A stretch of DNA of 63,612 bases, the filler included, from Kipferlia bialata (taxonomy: Eukaryota): assembly GCA_003568945.1 (NCBI GenBank). It is 4 parts of 4 records of this genome, joined end to end, with 100 filler letters (N's around TTAATTAATTAA, not from the genome) between each part and the next. Parts side by side here need not be neighbours in the genome. Positions count along the whole stretch, not along the records: positions 16,831 to 44,691 come from BDIP01000162.1; 3 more parts are not named here. One strand, written 5' to 3'. Position numbers and translations under genes: made by a program. This document shows positions 25,352-38,100 of this stretch, one piece after another (the first letter of the stretch is position 1; every line of letters begins with the position of its first letter). The notes under the pieces were generated by a model. It searched no databases and had not been told where the DNA came from. It saw nothing but the letters and a program-made list of their open reading frames with translations.

Positions 25352-26322
25352 GTACTGCTTGTTGAAGAAGGACTGGGGCACAATGTGCTCACAGTTGAGG
25401 TCTCCGTTCTAGGGGGTGAGAGGGAGGGGACAAATATAACAAAAATTCAAATAGAGAGATAGGGTGGCGGTGGGGGGGGGGGGGTTGGAGATACATGCAG
25501 GGAGAGAGAGAGAATATGGTTACCTGGGATGTGTCGGAGGATCCGTGCTTGTACTTCATCTTGAGGTCTGGGGATAAGAAGTTACAATGTATATATATAT
25601 AGAGAGAGAGAATGATCCCAACACCTGGGCCTCAGAGGAAGAGACGAAGTACCAAGAAGAGATGAAGAGTAATTAACGTACCGGTGTAGATGCCGTACAG
25701 ATATATCTATATAGAGAGAGAATGAGAAATACCAGAGGGAGATGAGTAAGAATCATAACTAAATACCACATACCGGTGTAGATGCCGTACACGTATCCGT
25801 TTGAGCTGTAGTCATCTCCCTGCTGATCGATGTAGCCATACCTAGGGTGAATCTAGGTGGAGAGATATAGCTTACATATATAGCCACAGCACGAATATTC
25901 ACACACTGACAATGACCAGAAATATGAATAACAAACTCACATCTTCTTGCGGGCGGTGGAGTAACCAAGGGTGTGGTGCTTGTTGACATAGGTGTCCTGC
26001 CTCAGAGCAGCACGGAGCTAGGGTGAGACATAGAGAGAGAGAGAGAGGGTGAAGGTGTAGAGAGAGGAAGAGATAGGGAGACCGATACTCACGGTCGCTG
26101 GGTTGAGTGGAAGAGAGATAGAGAGAGAGTATGTTAAATGCAGCCAGAAGTAGGGGAGAAACAACCACTGATATGAGAATGGATGTGTTACACCAAATCT
26201 TACACCGAATCAGAATTACATGGAGAGAGACAGAAAGGATGTACACATACCTCAGCTCCTGAGAGGTCGTCATAGAGACACAAGGCACAGGCCAGGAGGG
26301 CGCAGACAAACACTATCCGCAT
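23666..26322 (-). CDS. Secreted endonuclease I (EndA/Bsn-like, His-Me finger) family nuclease
   Basis: Signal-peptide-like MRIVFVCALLACALC, then LGYSTARKKMYGYID, NCEHIVPQSFF, PMRSDVHHLRPA..NSARNHYTF, WEPRDDNQGTVARAILYF, W..DHPP..RNE..QG.NPFVD.PELV. About 12 GT-AG exons. Confidence 0.88.
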
Positions 26323-26659
26323 CTTGAAGAGAGAGGAGAACCTATCACACTGTTGGAGTCATGAATGGTCGAGATGGTTGATAAACCCTTATCATAGCAA
26401 AAACTCATCTTTGGGATAGTCGTCTCTCTCAAAAGTCACTAACCGATAGTAAGTGGCTTAGACACTGCTCATGACTTCTCACTCTCCTAAGAGAGACAGT
26501 TAGAGGCACTTGAGTGGACACTCATTCCAAATATGCAACAATATGCAACGAGAAAAGGGTCCAGAGAACCTTTTTTGACATAGAGGAGACTAATGACACA
26601 AACCGCCTCTGAAACGATTCCCCCAAGGGCCACTCCCAACAGTGTCTTCACCTTGACAG

Positions 26660-29600
26660 ATGAGTCTGTTGCGTCCGCAGACACTCTTGTTCGTGTTACT
26701 GTGCTCGTATTGCCTGGCTAACTCGTGTAGATACAACAGGTGAGCAAAGAGACAGCCTTTGAGGAGTATGAGCCCCACACCGATCTCCTTTTAACCTGTG
26801 AAATTCACACAGTGAATCCAGTAGAAAAGCATTCGTTTCTGTCTGATCTAAGCTCCACCGGTCTCTGCGATGGCGAATGTAGCAGTGGATCTCAGGAGTG
26901 TGTACAGGTGTGTTTTGTAGGGATAGGAATCTATGTTGAGAGAGGGTCTGATATAGTCAATCCAAATACAGCTGGGTCATCAAGCCTTCTCTACCCACTG
27001 TATCACAGCCTTGCATGCATTCTTGACCATTCTTGACCACTCCCCTTCAGTACTCGCACGGGATGTGCGCGTGCAAGAACTGTGCATACGACTATGGCCT
27101 AGGTACAGCCTGTAACAAATAAGGGGCTAGGCTTGATAGCCAAAAACATATACACATAATAATCATATATATAATTGCATATATATAATTGCATATATAT
27201 AATTGCATATATATATTTTATAGAAAACATAATATTCTCTCTTCAGAGAGTCTTGGTACAGTCATCCCTGTCTCCATACAGTATGAGCCCAGTCGATCTC
27301 TCTCTCTCTGTCTCTCTCTTAACTTCAGATGAGTGTGTGTCTGGCGGGTGCTCCGGCTACGGCCTCTCCTGGTGCCTGTACACACACGACAACTACTGCG
27401 AGTGCTCATGTAAGTCATATAAGAGGATCATGAGATTTTTAGAATTTACGATTCCCGGATTAAGGAATAAGGAATAAGAATTACAGATTCATTGACAACT
27501 ACTGCGAGTGCTCTTGTAAGTGACACATGTAGATACATATATACATGTATATACATATATACATGAAGCCTGTTGATGTGTGAATGAGTGGAGAGCTCAG
27601 GGCAATTGTATCCAGTCCATTCTCACTCTATGTCACTCTATTCTTGGACCTCTCCATGTCTTCTATCATAAGAATATATGTATATATATATGTAAATGAA
27701 TATATATGTAAATATACCATATGTATCTGTCTTCTGTGTGTATCTCTCACTTCTCTTTCTCTCACTCTCAGCCTGTGGCTGGATATCTCCCGAGAAGGAC
27801 AACTGCTTGGGTACGAGACACAATATGTTATGATAGGAATTGTATCAGTATCATGTGTATGATCATATCTATATATATAAGAGTATATATATACCTATGA
27901 TATATACACTGTGGAGACACAGTGCCCCGAAAGGTACAAGTGCTTGGGTACGAGAATTGTCCCTCTTCTCATTGTATTTGGTGTAATTGGGATTTAATTA
28001 TAATACTGTAATATTGAATGCAGTATTTGGATATGTATCGGCGCAATATGCAGTGCTGCTTGATATAGATATATGTGTATTCTTGAGTCCAATAAGTATA
28101 GTAAGTAATACCCAACAGAGAATAGTGGGATAGAAACTCCACATCCGCGTCTTTCATTCAAGTTCTATCCCATCCACCCATCCACCTCCACCCATCGCAC
28201 AGTGCGAATCGCACTTAGAAACCCAATCTGCTTGGTCCCCATGGTCTTTCTCTCTCTCCCCCACATCCCTACTAACCCCATGTGCCTGTATCGACAGTGT
28301 ATGCTACCAGGCCGGGCAAACAAGTGAATGCTATTGTAACCCTATGGGCTTCTGTGACTGGGACTACGCATCAGAGAGCTGTGTGGTACGTGAACAATAC
28401 ATATGTATTCATATATATGTGTGTATATGTTAGTATACTGACGTGGATAGTATATGTATATATTAGAATATATATCATATTCACATATACTATAGAATGT
28501 GTATATGCATATATTAGCATATATACATGTATATTTTTATATAGAAATATATAGATAGCATATACATAGCATATATGTAGTATATATATATGTGTATTAC
28601 AGTATATATTAGAATGTAAATATGTATATATTAGTATATATATGGATACTCATAAGCATATGCATTGTATTCTGACTCTAATTACGCTCCACATACCATG
28701 TCTCAGGCATATATGCATGGACAGTATTTACTGTGCCAACATGTGTTGTCCTGCATTCTCCGTATCCTAAGTATCCTAAGTATCCCAAGTATCCTAAGCA
28801 TCCTAAGTATCCTAAGTATCCTAAGTATCCTAAGTATCCCAAGTATCATAAGTATTCTCCGTATTCTAACCACAGGGCGACTGTCAGAAGATGGGTGGCC
28901 CTTACGACCTTTGCATCCAGACGGGCAAGTGAGTACTAAGTTAGTACTGTACTAACTTAGTACTCTACTAAGAGATGTGTCATATATGTATATCATAAGA
29001 TACAGTATATCAGATACGATTCCACACCTCCAGGTTCCACTCTCTAACCTGTATTTAGAGACCGTACCACTGGTAATGACCTGTATACATCCATTCACAG
29101 CTTCTCAGGGGACACCTATTCTGATTCTGATACTGACACCTATTCTGATGTACTGATTCCAAGTCAAACGTGTTCCTGCTCGCCCTGTGGGTACGACCAC
29201 GGCGAGAGGCTCTGCAAGGGTATGTTTACCACCATGATTTACTTCTACTCTACTCTACTCTGCTCTGCCATGTCTTGTTTCACCATATGTGGCTTTCTTC
29301 TACCCGCAGGTGGGGTAGGCGGATGTGGCAGTAACAGTCTCTGTTCCGCACCTATAGAAGACGAACACTGCCAGGTGAGACAGTATCGTAGTAATAGTAT
29401 GAATTCTGAGTGTATAGGATTATATAAAATAGTACTATTGTTGGACTATTGTTTGATCATGGATGGAAAGTCCCAGGGCGAGCATGTAAGAGAGTATCGT
29501 ATTGAGTACGCATAGGTATCATTATCTGATCAGGCATGGACAAGTAGCAAAAGTATTGAATGATATTGACAGTTATTCTTGCATATATATCGGGTGATTG

Positions 29601-30296
29601 TATTAATGATGTCAGTTCCGTACTGAGTAAGTTCCAGGGATCCCACGTTCATCTCCCTCTTACCCTCAGTGTTGGCCCGAGGACTGCTTCTATGACTTCC
29701 AGCAGAAGAGGTGCATCAGCTTCGGCTGTCCAAGTGAGTGATCTGGCAAATATTACTGTTCAGTTATCCAATTTTGAATCTATTCTTCTATGTTTTCCAT
29801 TGGTTGATGTTATATGCTCATACACATATATACATTTGTATGGTATATGTATATAACGTACACCACTGCTGACCGCCAGACAATGGGTACTGTGTGGAAT
29901 ATGCGCCCGAGTCCTGCGGCTGCAGAGAGGGGTGTGTCTACGACTATGAGACAGGTATATATATATATATATATGTACATACATGCATTTACGGCCTGCA
30001 CAATGCAGTGCTATGTCAATATGATTCATTATGCAGTACTAGGCCTAGTATTGATTCTTCTCGTATGGATGGCTGTTAGATATACAGCTACATCATGTTC
30101 ACATAACTGTACTCATATGTCCTGCTGAGTGAGTGACTACACTGATTCATCTCCAAGCCTTACCCTTACCCTTACCCTTACCCTTACCCTTACATTTACC
30201 CCAGAGGTATGTGTCGGCCCCTGTCACTACGGCTACGACTGTGTGTTATGGGAGCACGACGGAAGCCACTCTTGTGGGTGCCAATATCATTGGTAG
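26660..30296 (+). CDS. Secreted cysteine-rich protein with seven 6-Cys modules
   Basis: ATG 26660 MSLLRPQTLLFVLLCSYCLA; about 12 small phase-compatible exons; recurring C-x-(Y/W)(D/N)..C..G-x-C..C..CxC pattern; ends CGCQYHW* at 30296. One junction requires a non-AG acceptor at 28281. Confidence 0.8.
28762..28855. repeat. Intronic 9-bp minisatellite (cctaagtat)n
   Basis: About 10 near-perfect tandem copies just upstream of a branch point and acceptor. Confidence 0.9.
30158..30193. repeat. (CCCTTA)6 tract at an intron 3' end
   Basis: ccttacccttac.. directly before tttaccccag acceptor. Confidence 0.85.
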
Positions 30297-30837
30297 TATT
30301 GTCGAGTACTTGTCAACTGGACAAGAGGTCAAGATAGTATAACTAAGATATTTACTTAGTTGTACTTGATGCCCTCAAGTTGAGGGACATGGATCCCTGT
30401 TGTGTGTGAATAGAGTGTTGTGTGTGTCAGCAACTTAGATAGAACTACTATCTTAGTGGCAGTGTCTCAGTTCCAAATCTTGGAGTCGTCCACTTTGTGC
30501 CCCATTGTGAAGAAGACCTGAGGTTTCGAGGCATCTGTGAGAACTTCTTCACATACGGGTTAGGAAATGACGTGGTATATACATACTGATGTGGTGCCTC
30601 TCTCTCTTTCTGCCAGTTCCAAGTATTTTTCTATTCTTTCTTAAAGGTATACAGTATATCTCTTATATGGGTGTATACTTCGAACTATATACTATAACTC
30701 TGTATTGTCTTTACTGTTAGCCCGAGAAGACGTCTGCCAAGAACGAGGCACACAGTATATGTGTGTATGTTTTATATATAGTAGAGCACCTATCTATCTA
30801 TATCTATATATATATATACTATAATACTCACTATCAG

Positions 30838-30903
30838 GCCGAGAAGACGTCTGCCAAGAAGGAGGCACCCAGGAGAGGCAAGGGAAAGCCAAGGAGGCGG
30901 TAG
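30838..30903 (+). CDS. Probable terminal exon of a small basic protein (AEKTSAKKEAPRRGKGKPRRR*)
   Basis: ctcactatcag acceptor, open frame to TAG, and an upstream echo at ~30718-30752; earlier exons unresolved. Confidence 0.4.
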   Translation, partial: AEKTSAKKEAPRRGKGKPRRR

Positions 30904-32730
30904 AGGAGAGATATTGTTCAATAGATTCATATTTATAGGTGTTTTTGGGGAAATATTGTTTGTTTCACGAAAGTTGAGAATTGGGCCTCCAAAAAACCGA
31001 CAGTCGGACGAAAAATTGAATAAAGGACGAAGAATTGAATAAACAATGTATTTGAACTATGTATCTGTTGCGGCTAACTAGAGCCTCTCACGGAGGGAAA
31101 CTCTCTGTAGGAGGTAGAAATAATTGTATCAGTATATACAGTGGGATAACACTGTAGCACTGTATATGGAAAAAGAAACCCGCAAGTGTACAATAATACC
31201 TGTTGAGCGATTGATGCCCTCACTCTATAGATGCCATCTATAGTATAGATGGCCTCTCAGTCCACAAGGCCGCCGGGTTCGCACCTCTCCTCTTCTTGAA
31301 GCTGTCTGTAGGTATTATTGGGAACGCCCTATACCCAGCGGTGGCTGGGTTTTCGTAGTGGTGTCTACCCACAGCGACCAAAGAACTCACATCTCTATGC
31401 AAGTAAGACGCAAAGGTATGTATTTCATCTATCATTAGTATTTTGAGTATTACTAATATGAGTACAGGGGGGTGTTCACTTTCCCTACACGTATCAGTAG
31501 CATTATAAGTATACTGACACGCATGTGTATATACACGTATATACTCCCCACTACTATCCCTTACCATATACAGTTTCTCTTCCATCCCTAATGTCAGGTG
31601 GAGATATACATTACATATATAATACATTACATATATAATATATAAACTATATATACTCTAATAATACAATATATAGAAACATATAGATATGTATTGATTC
31701 ATCCCCTAACGTCAGGTGGAGGTTGTCCGACTCACTTGACAGGTCAGGGGACCTGAGGTGAGCACTCAGTATACAATCATTGTATACTATACAATGTTTA
31801 CTACATAGACACATGAGCATGTCATTGTCTCTATAATATAGAATCTATATTTTTTATATAGAGTCTATATGCTACCATGAGTATACTATATATGGTATTT
31901 GTACAGACTGTAGGACAGTAGGAGATATACCATATACCATATATAATCTATATGTCTTATACATGTACATGTCTTCCCCCACCACTCGCAATCAAACGGT
32001 CGAAACGCTTCGATATTTTTGCGTATAAAGGGTCACTCGCGTTAGCCACCCTTCCCCTAAGGGGACACCTCTCTCTTCGCATGAATATATATATATCTAT
32101 ACAGAATCAACTATACCATGTGTCAGCCACGTTGACAGTGGTTTCTTTGTCCTCTGATACTACTATAATGTGTATACATTGTGTGTTGCGCCTTCTTCAC
32201 ACCAGATGCCCCTTGTTCTCCTGCTGTTCTATTTCCTCCTCCCAGGATATCTTCTCAGTACCATAGAGACAATAGAGGCTGTCATGAGGTAAGCACACCA
32301 TTAGATGTATATACAGGAAATCTGGGTGGAAGTGAATAGAAATTGTATTGTTTATATTTTTCTATACATAACATTGGTGTCCCCTTCTAGCCTAGTCTAG
32401 ATAAATTGGTAGATATATACATATATATTATATTATATAATATATTATATATATATATACATATCCTCACCTCATACCTCCAGTCTTCCCCTACAGTCTC
32501 CATTATCGTGAGCCTCTCACTCCAGGGTATCATCTATAGTCCTCTATAGTCCTCTATTGTCCTCTATAGTCTCTATTATCGTGAGCCTCTCACTCCAGAG
32601 TATCATCTTATTGTATTTCTTTTACACCAGATATCTCTTGTTCTCATGCTGCTCCAAGGCCTTCTCCCAGGATATCCTCTCAGTACCAATGGATGACTGA
32701 GTGACCTGAGGTGGGTACATAATAATATAA

Positions 32731-32765
<35 letters not shown>

Positions 32766-33419
32766 TAGATGCAGAGTGAATTACTATCTCACTCCAGAGT
32801 ATCATCTTAGCTACCTGGACACTTGGTGGTTGTTGGAACTGTGGAAAGGACAGGTAGAGGTAAGAACATAAATGTATTTATTCATTGTATTCTGAATATG
32901 AATTAGTATATGTACAGACATAGATTACTGCAAATGAGTATAATATATACCTTATGTAGTCTTCTATTCCATAATATAGTGTCTAGTATACAGTATGTGT
33001 ATTGTACTGAACTAAGAGCCTCTCAGTAAGAGGGACAGTGTCTGGGTGAGAGTACACAAGAAGAATAATTATTGTATTCTGAATATATATATACATATAT
33101 GTGCATATATAGATTACTGCATAAAAGTGTATATAGTCTACTATTCCATTGTATAGTGTCTCTTATAGAGTATGTATATATACAGAGAGAGAGTGTGTCT
33201 GGGTGAGAGTGCACAAGAAGATAATAGACCACGTATATCCCTATATATACATGTTATAACTCCTTACCCCTTACCTCTCTAATATAGTATATATGTATTA
33301 TATATCTACCGATAAATTGTCAAAATTGTTGTTCTCAACACAATACTTAATTGCGAGTTGTAATTTGCGACACAATATATGTGATTCATAAATGTACACA
33401 TACATGTTCCACTAACTCA

Positions 33420-34069
33420 TCAGGGGTCCTGTACAGGAGCGGCCTGGACCTCGGCACTAGGTGGAGGCACGAACCCAAAGTAGTACGCCAGAAGGAACGT
33501 ACGTTGGGAAATACCAACATCCTCGCAATAAATGTCTGATGTGTGCTAGCACACTGTGCTTGCATGTGTGGATCAGAATAGGAGTAGCCCCAACTTCCAC
33601 CATATGGCATCAAATACATGGAGATAGAGATAATACGGTAAGAGTACTTCATACTATTACCATGGAGTCCAAAATAGGCTCTTGTGGCAATAGCTCTCTC
33701 TGCGTCTCTCTTCCTGTGTGCGGTCATCGGTTGTTCTGAACAACCGATGGGTTGTTCAACAACTTGTTCGGTACTCAATCAGTAGGCAGTTACTAAGAGA
33801 CTCTGTTAGCCTCCAATGATGATGGCTATAGCCCATACTATATGGCCCATATAGTATGGGTGCACAATATATATAATTCATACATGTACATATGAGTCAT
33901 ATGGTATGACATGTTCCACTAACTCATCAAGGGTCCTGTACAGGAGCGGCCTCGACCGTGGCACTTGGAGGCGATGCAGTGAGTACGGTACTCTGCGATA
34001 GTAAGTGTACGAACACGAGGAGCCTGGGCCCAATGTCAATGTCATCACCCCCATAGTAGGGCTCGCCAT
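33420..34069 (-). CDS. Two tandem paralogous short exons/genes ending in AAPVQDP*
   Basis: 33420-33537 (DIYCEDVGI..VQAAPVQDP*) and 33927-34069 (DGEPYYGGDDIDIG..VEAAPVQDP*); both follow AG acceptors and share 3' flanks. Confidence 0.4.
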
Positions 34070-34859
34070 CTAGTAGAAGAAGTATATGTAGAAGTTCTAC
34101 ATATACTCATCACCGTCTGTTCTCTGCAGAAGAGGCACTGTTCTCTTAAGAATAGGCACTGTTGTCTGAAGATTGTGGAACTCCAACAACCTCACAATAA
34201 ATGCTTGATCATCAAGCCTTGATGTGAGATGTGAGATGTGTGAGTTCACCGCAGCAACAATTTCTCTTTCGTTCTTTCATTGTTTAGTATTAGACCACTG
34301 GTCTAGTAGCCTCTGGGAAGAGAGAGGAGCTGGTTGGATACAATGCTTAGTTACTAAGTTAGTATCAGTATCAGTATCACTCTTCTTCGAGTTCTATACT
34401 GCATAGTATGCATCAATGTGTATGCAGCATACACATACATGCATAGAGTGTAATGCTGCAGCTTCCGTCAAGTTAGTACTGATTATTGTATACTCTCACA
34501 ATTGGACTGGTAAAGTATACTGCACTGAAGAGTGACCGAAGAAAAGTGTTTCCCTTATGCTCGGAGTGAAGTACTGATTATCAATTACAAATCAGTTTCC
34601 TCATCCTATCTGTACATGTAATCTCCATCCACCAATCCACGACAGGGACTTAATATCTCATATAGTGAGTCTATTCCCTCCTAGCCTAGACGAATGGGTT
34701 CGCTCAATTCTTCTCCCTGAATGATAACGGACCGTAATGAGTCTATTACCATCCTCCTCCCTGGTCCTAGACGAATGGGTTCCACCCCACAAACAGTCTC
34801 ACTAGAGTGACTCTATAATAGATACTCTATTCCCATCTCCCTAGCTACAACTAGCTCGC

Positions 34860-35134
34860 CTAGACGAATGGGTTCCACCCCACAAACATCTGGGCAAGTA
34901 CAGCGGGGTCCGAGGCCTGGGGGTTAGCTACTATACAAAGCAGTGTATGTTCCAATGGCATTTCTATAGTAATTCAATGTATCTACCCCAGAACAGCAGG
35001 GTCTGATGCCTGGGGATTACGGTTGTATGACTCTATCTCTCCCTATGATTACTTGTATGTAAACACTGCTTAGCAGATAACATATATACATACATATACA
35101 TACCTCTGTAGTCAATGCCAGTGCCAGCACACAC

Positions 35135-35177
<43 letters not shown>

Positions 35178-38100
35178 CTCATAACATACGCACCATGTAT
35201 ATATACACATATATAATAGGTATTCATACCTCTGTAGTCAATGCCAGTGCCAGTACACCTGGCTCTAGGGGGGAGCCTCTGGAGGTAAGTATACATGTAT
35301 GCATAGTAGTGCCTATACACATACAAATGATGTACCTGTGGTCGCCGTTGATCCTCTATAGACATGTGATATATATACTAGCGCGTCCTACCACATACCA
35401 CTACCAGAGACATATATATACAAATAATATACCTGTGGTCCCCGTTGATCCTCAATAAACAGGTGCTATATATACTATAGCGTATATATATATATAAACA
35501 TATATATATATACAAATATTGTACCTGTGGTCCCCGTTTATCCTTCTGATGACAGCCCGGATACTGGCCTCTGCGCCTGGTGGTTAGACATGGGTATGCA
35601 TACATACATACACACATATATATATATATGAAAGATTTGATACATGATATCCTTGACGTCTGCATGAGAAACACTTACCTTGTCCCAAGTATGGCGTGTC
35701 TCTCATTCCTCAACACAATACACGATCAATATAATATACCCGTATACCTAGCTATACATGCTATATACTCACCAAGGCCTAGATATGGCGTGTCTGCGTC
35801 CTGAATCATCCCGGGACACACACATAATGAACAGTGGTAGTTCATATATGTATATAGTATTCTACACTATACACTATACACTTACCAAGTCCCAAGTATG
35901 GTGTGTCTGCGTCCTGCCTCATCCCAGCATACATATACATGTACCATATGTACTACTATGATATATATATATATATATACTGTAACACTATACAAATACC
36001 TAGTCCCAAGTAGGGCGCCTCTGCGTCCTCTCTCATCCTGGCATACATATATATAGTATATGTATATAATATATATCATATTCGATACTATACATACTAT
36101 ATACTACACATATACACTCACCTAGCCCTAGATACGGAGTGTCAGCGTCCTGTCTCATACCGGCAAACATCAGAGACTCCAGACTGCCTCTGATGCTGGC
36201 CTGACATGTTAGACCCATTTCAAAAGAAATCTATAATGCATAGCATACAATATAACAGCATATACACATATACTACATCAGAGACTCTAGACTGCCTCTG
36301 ATGCTGGCCTGACAGGGTGACATGTATATACACTATTATAAGGTATATATATTGGTGGTATATGTTAGACCCATTTCAAGAGTGAGATGTAGAAACACCA
36401 TGTGGATTATTCATTTAGTAGTATGATATGTAAAATGAACACACAGTTTCCATGTATAGAACTTCTAGGACTATATAGACATAAACATAGACAATGATTG
36501 TAGAAACTACACTGATAATGCCTGCCCAGCCTTGAATGATACTATTGCATATATGAATGATAACCACACACATACCTGCCCAGCCTTGAATGTGACTAGT
36601 GCATCCTCTAGACCATGGATACACATTCTATATATATACATATACCATGGTGATAGTGTGTAGACATACTATCATATATGCTCTTTACACTGTCTATAGG
36701 AACTGCACTGATACCTGCCCCGCCTTGAATGTGACTAGTGCATCCTCGAGACCGGCTAAGAAGCCACCCCTGGGGTAAGGGTGTGAGTCAAGATGAAATG
36801 AGGTTATTAGGAGGGGAAGTCACATTTAGGAAAAGGGTGAAAGGCAAGAAATGAATGTGAAGGAATATTTAGTACAATATGTACGAGTGAGGTATCTAGA
36901 TAGATTGCTGAATACACACATTTACCATACCTGACTCCCACTGTCCCTAAGCAGTGTATCACGTTGGGTGTCAGTCTGAATGGCACTCTTTCTACCACAG
37001 GTAGGTAGTGGGCATGACCAAAGACGGCCTAGAATGAGTATACGACTAATTAGTTATATTAATACTAATTAGATACTATACTTATATAAATAGAGAGAGA
37101 GAGAGAGAGACCCTCTCCCCTATGGGTAGATAGTGGGCATGGCCAAACACGGCCTAGAGTTAGAGACTATATATATAGAGAGAGAGAGAATAAGAGAGAG
37201 AGACAGAACATGATGTCACGGGTCACAGAGGACATATAAAATTCAATGATTGATAGTTTATATCATACCATACATTACTATACTCTATACTATGTAGTAG
37301 TTCTAGAGCTAGAATACTAACCTCGAAGTCAGAAGTCACTGTCCAAGTATCCACTTCTTAATAGTACATATACACTTACAAATACACACTAAATCACGTA
37401 TATTTACTATATATATTAATACACACACTACTATACCTCGAAGTCGATGTGCATGATGTCACTGGTCACGGAGGATCTACAATACAAGTAATACAAGTAA
37501 TGATAGTACAGTATATATTACAATAATCAATATATACATGCGCTATATAATGAATCTATACCTCGAAGTCGATGTGCATGATGTCACTGGTCACGGAGGA
37601 GATCAGGATGTTCTCAAGGTGTCTAGGGGTCAGTATACACTCTGTATACGAGTGTACATACATATATGACTACATATATACGAATCAGACAGATAATGAT
37701 CTCAAGGGGCCCGGGGTTCAGTAAACATAATAAATCTTCCTAGAGATACAAATGTGTAACAGAAGATGTAGATATTAGCAGTCAACTCTAGGTATACATA
37801 TATCACTATGCTATACTATATTAGTGTGCATGCACTAGGTAAATGTAATCATCCGTATGTACATAGTATACATAAGGTTGGCTGTCTCCTAGGACCAAAA
37901 TATACCCTAGTACATGCATAGTACACGTAGGTATAGTATATATATATATACATATAGTTAGTGTATGTGTATACTTACCTGTCCCCCAGGTCCAGCAGAT
38001 ACCCAAGTGCTGACCACAGGGCAAGGGAGCTGGTGAATCGCTCCTAAGCATTAGTAATCAGGACACAGTAGTGTGAAAGTATTGATGCATACACTTTCGT

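Noticed and set aside
28733..28939. ORF with (PKY)n repeats resembling an adhesive or structural protein
   Set aside because: Translation of an intronic 9-bp minisatellite inside the Cys-rich gene
30158..30193. (CCCTTA)n as a telomeric repeat
   Set aside because: Only six units, internal, and located at a branch-point position; better explained as slippage of a CTTAC motif
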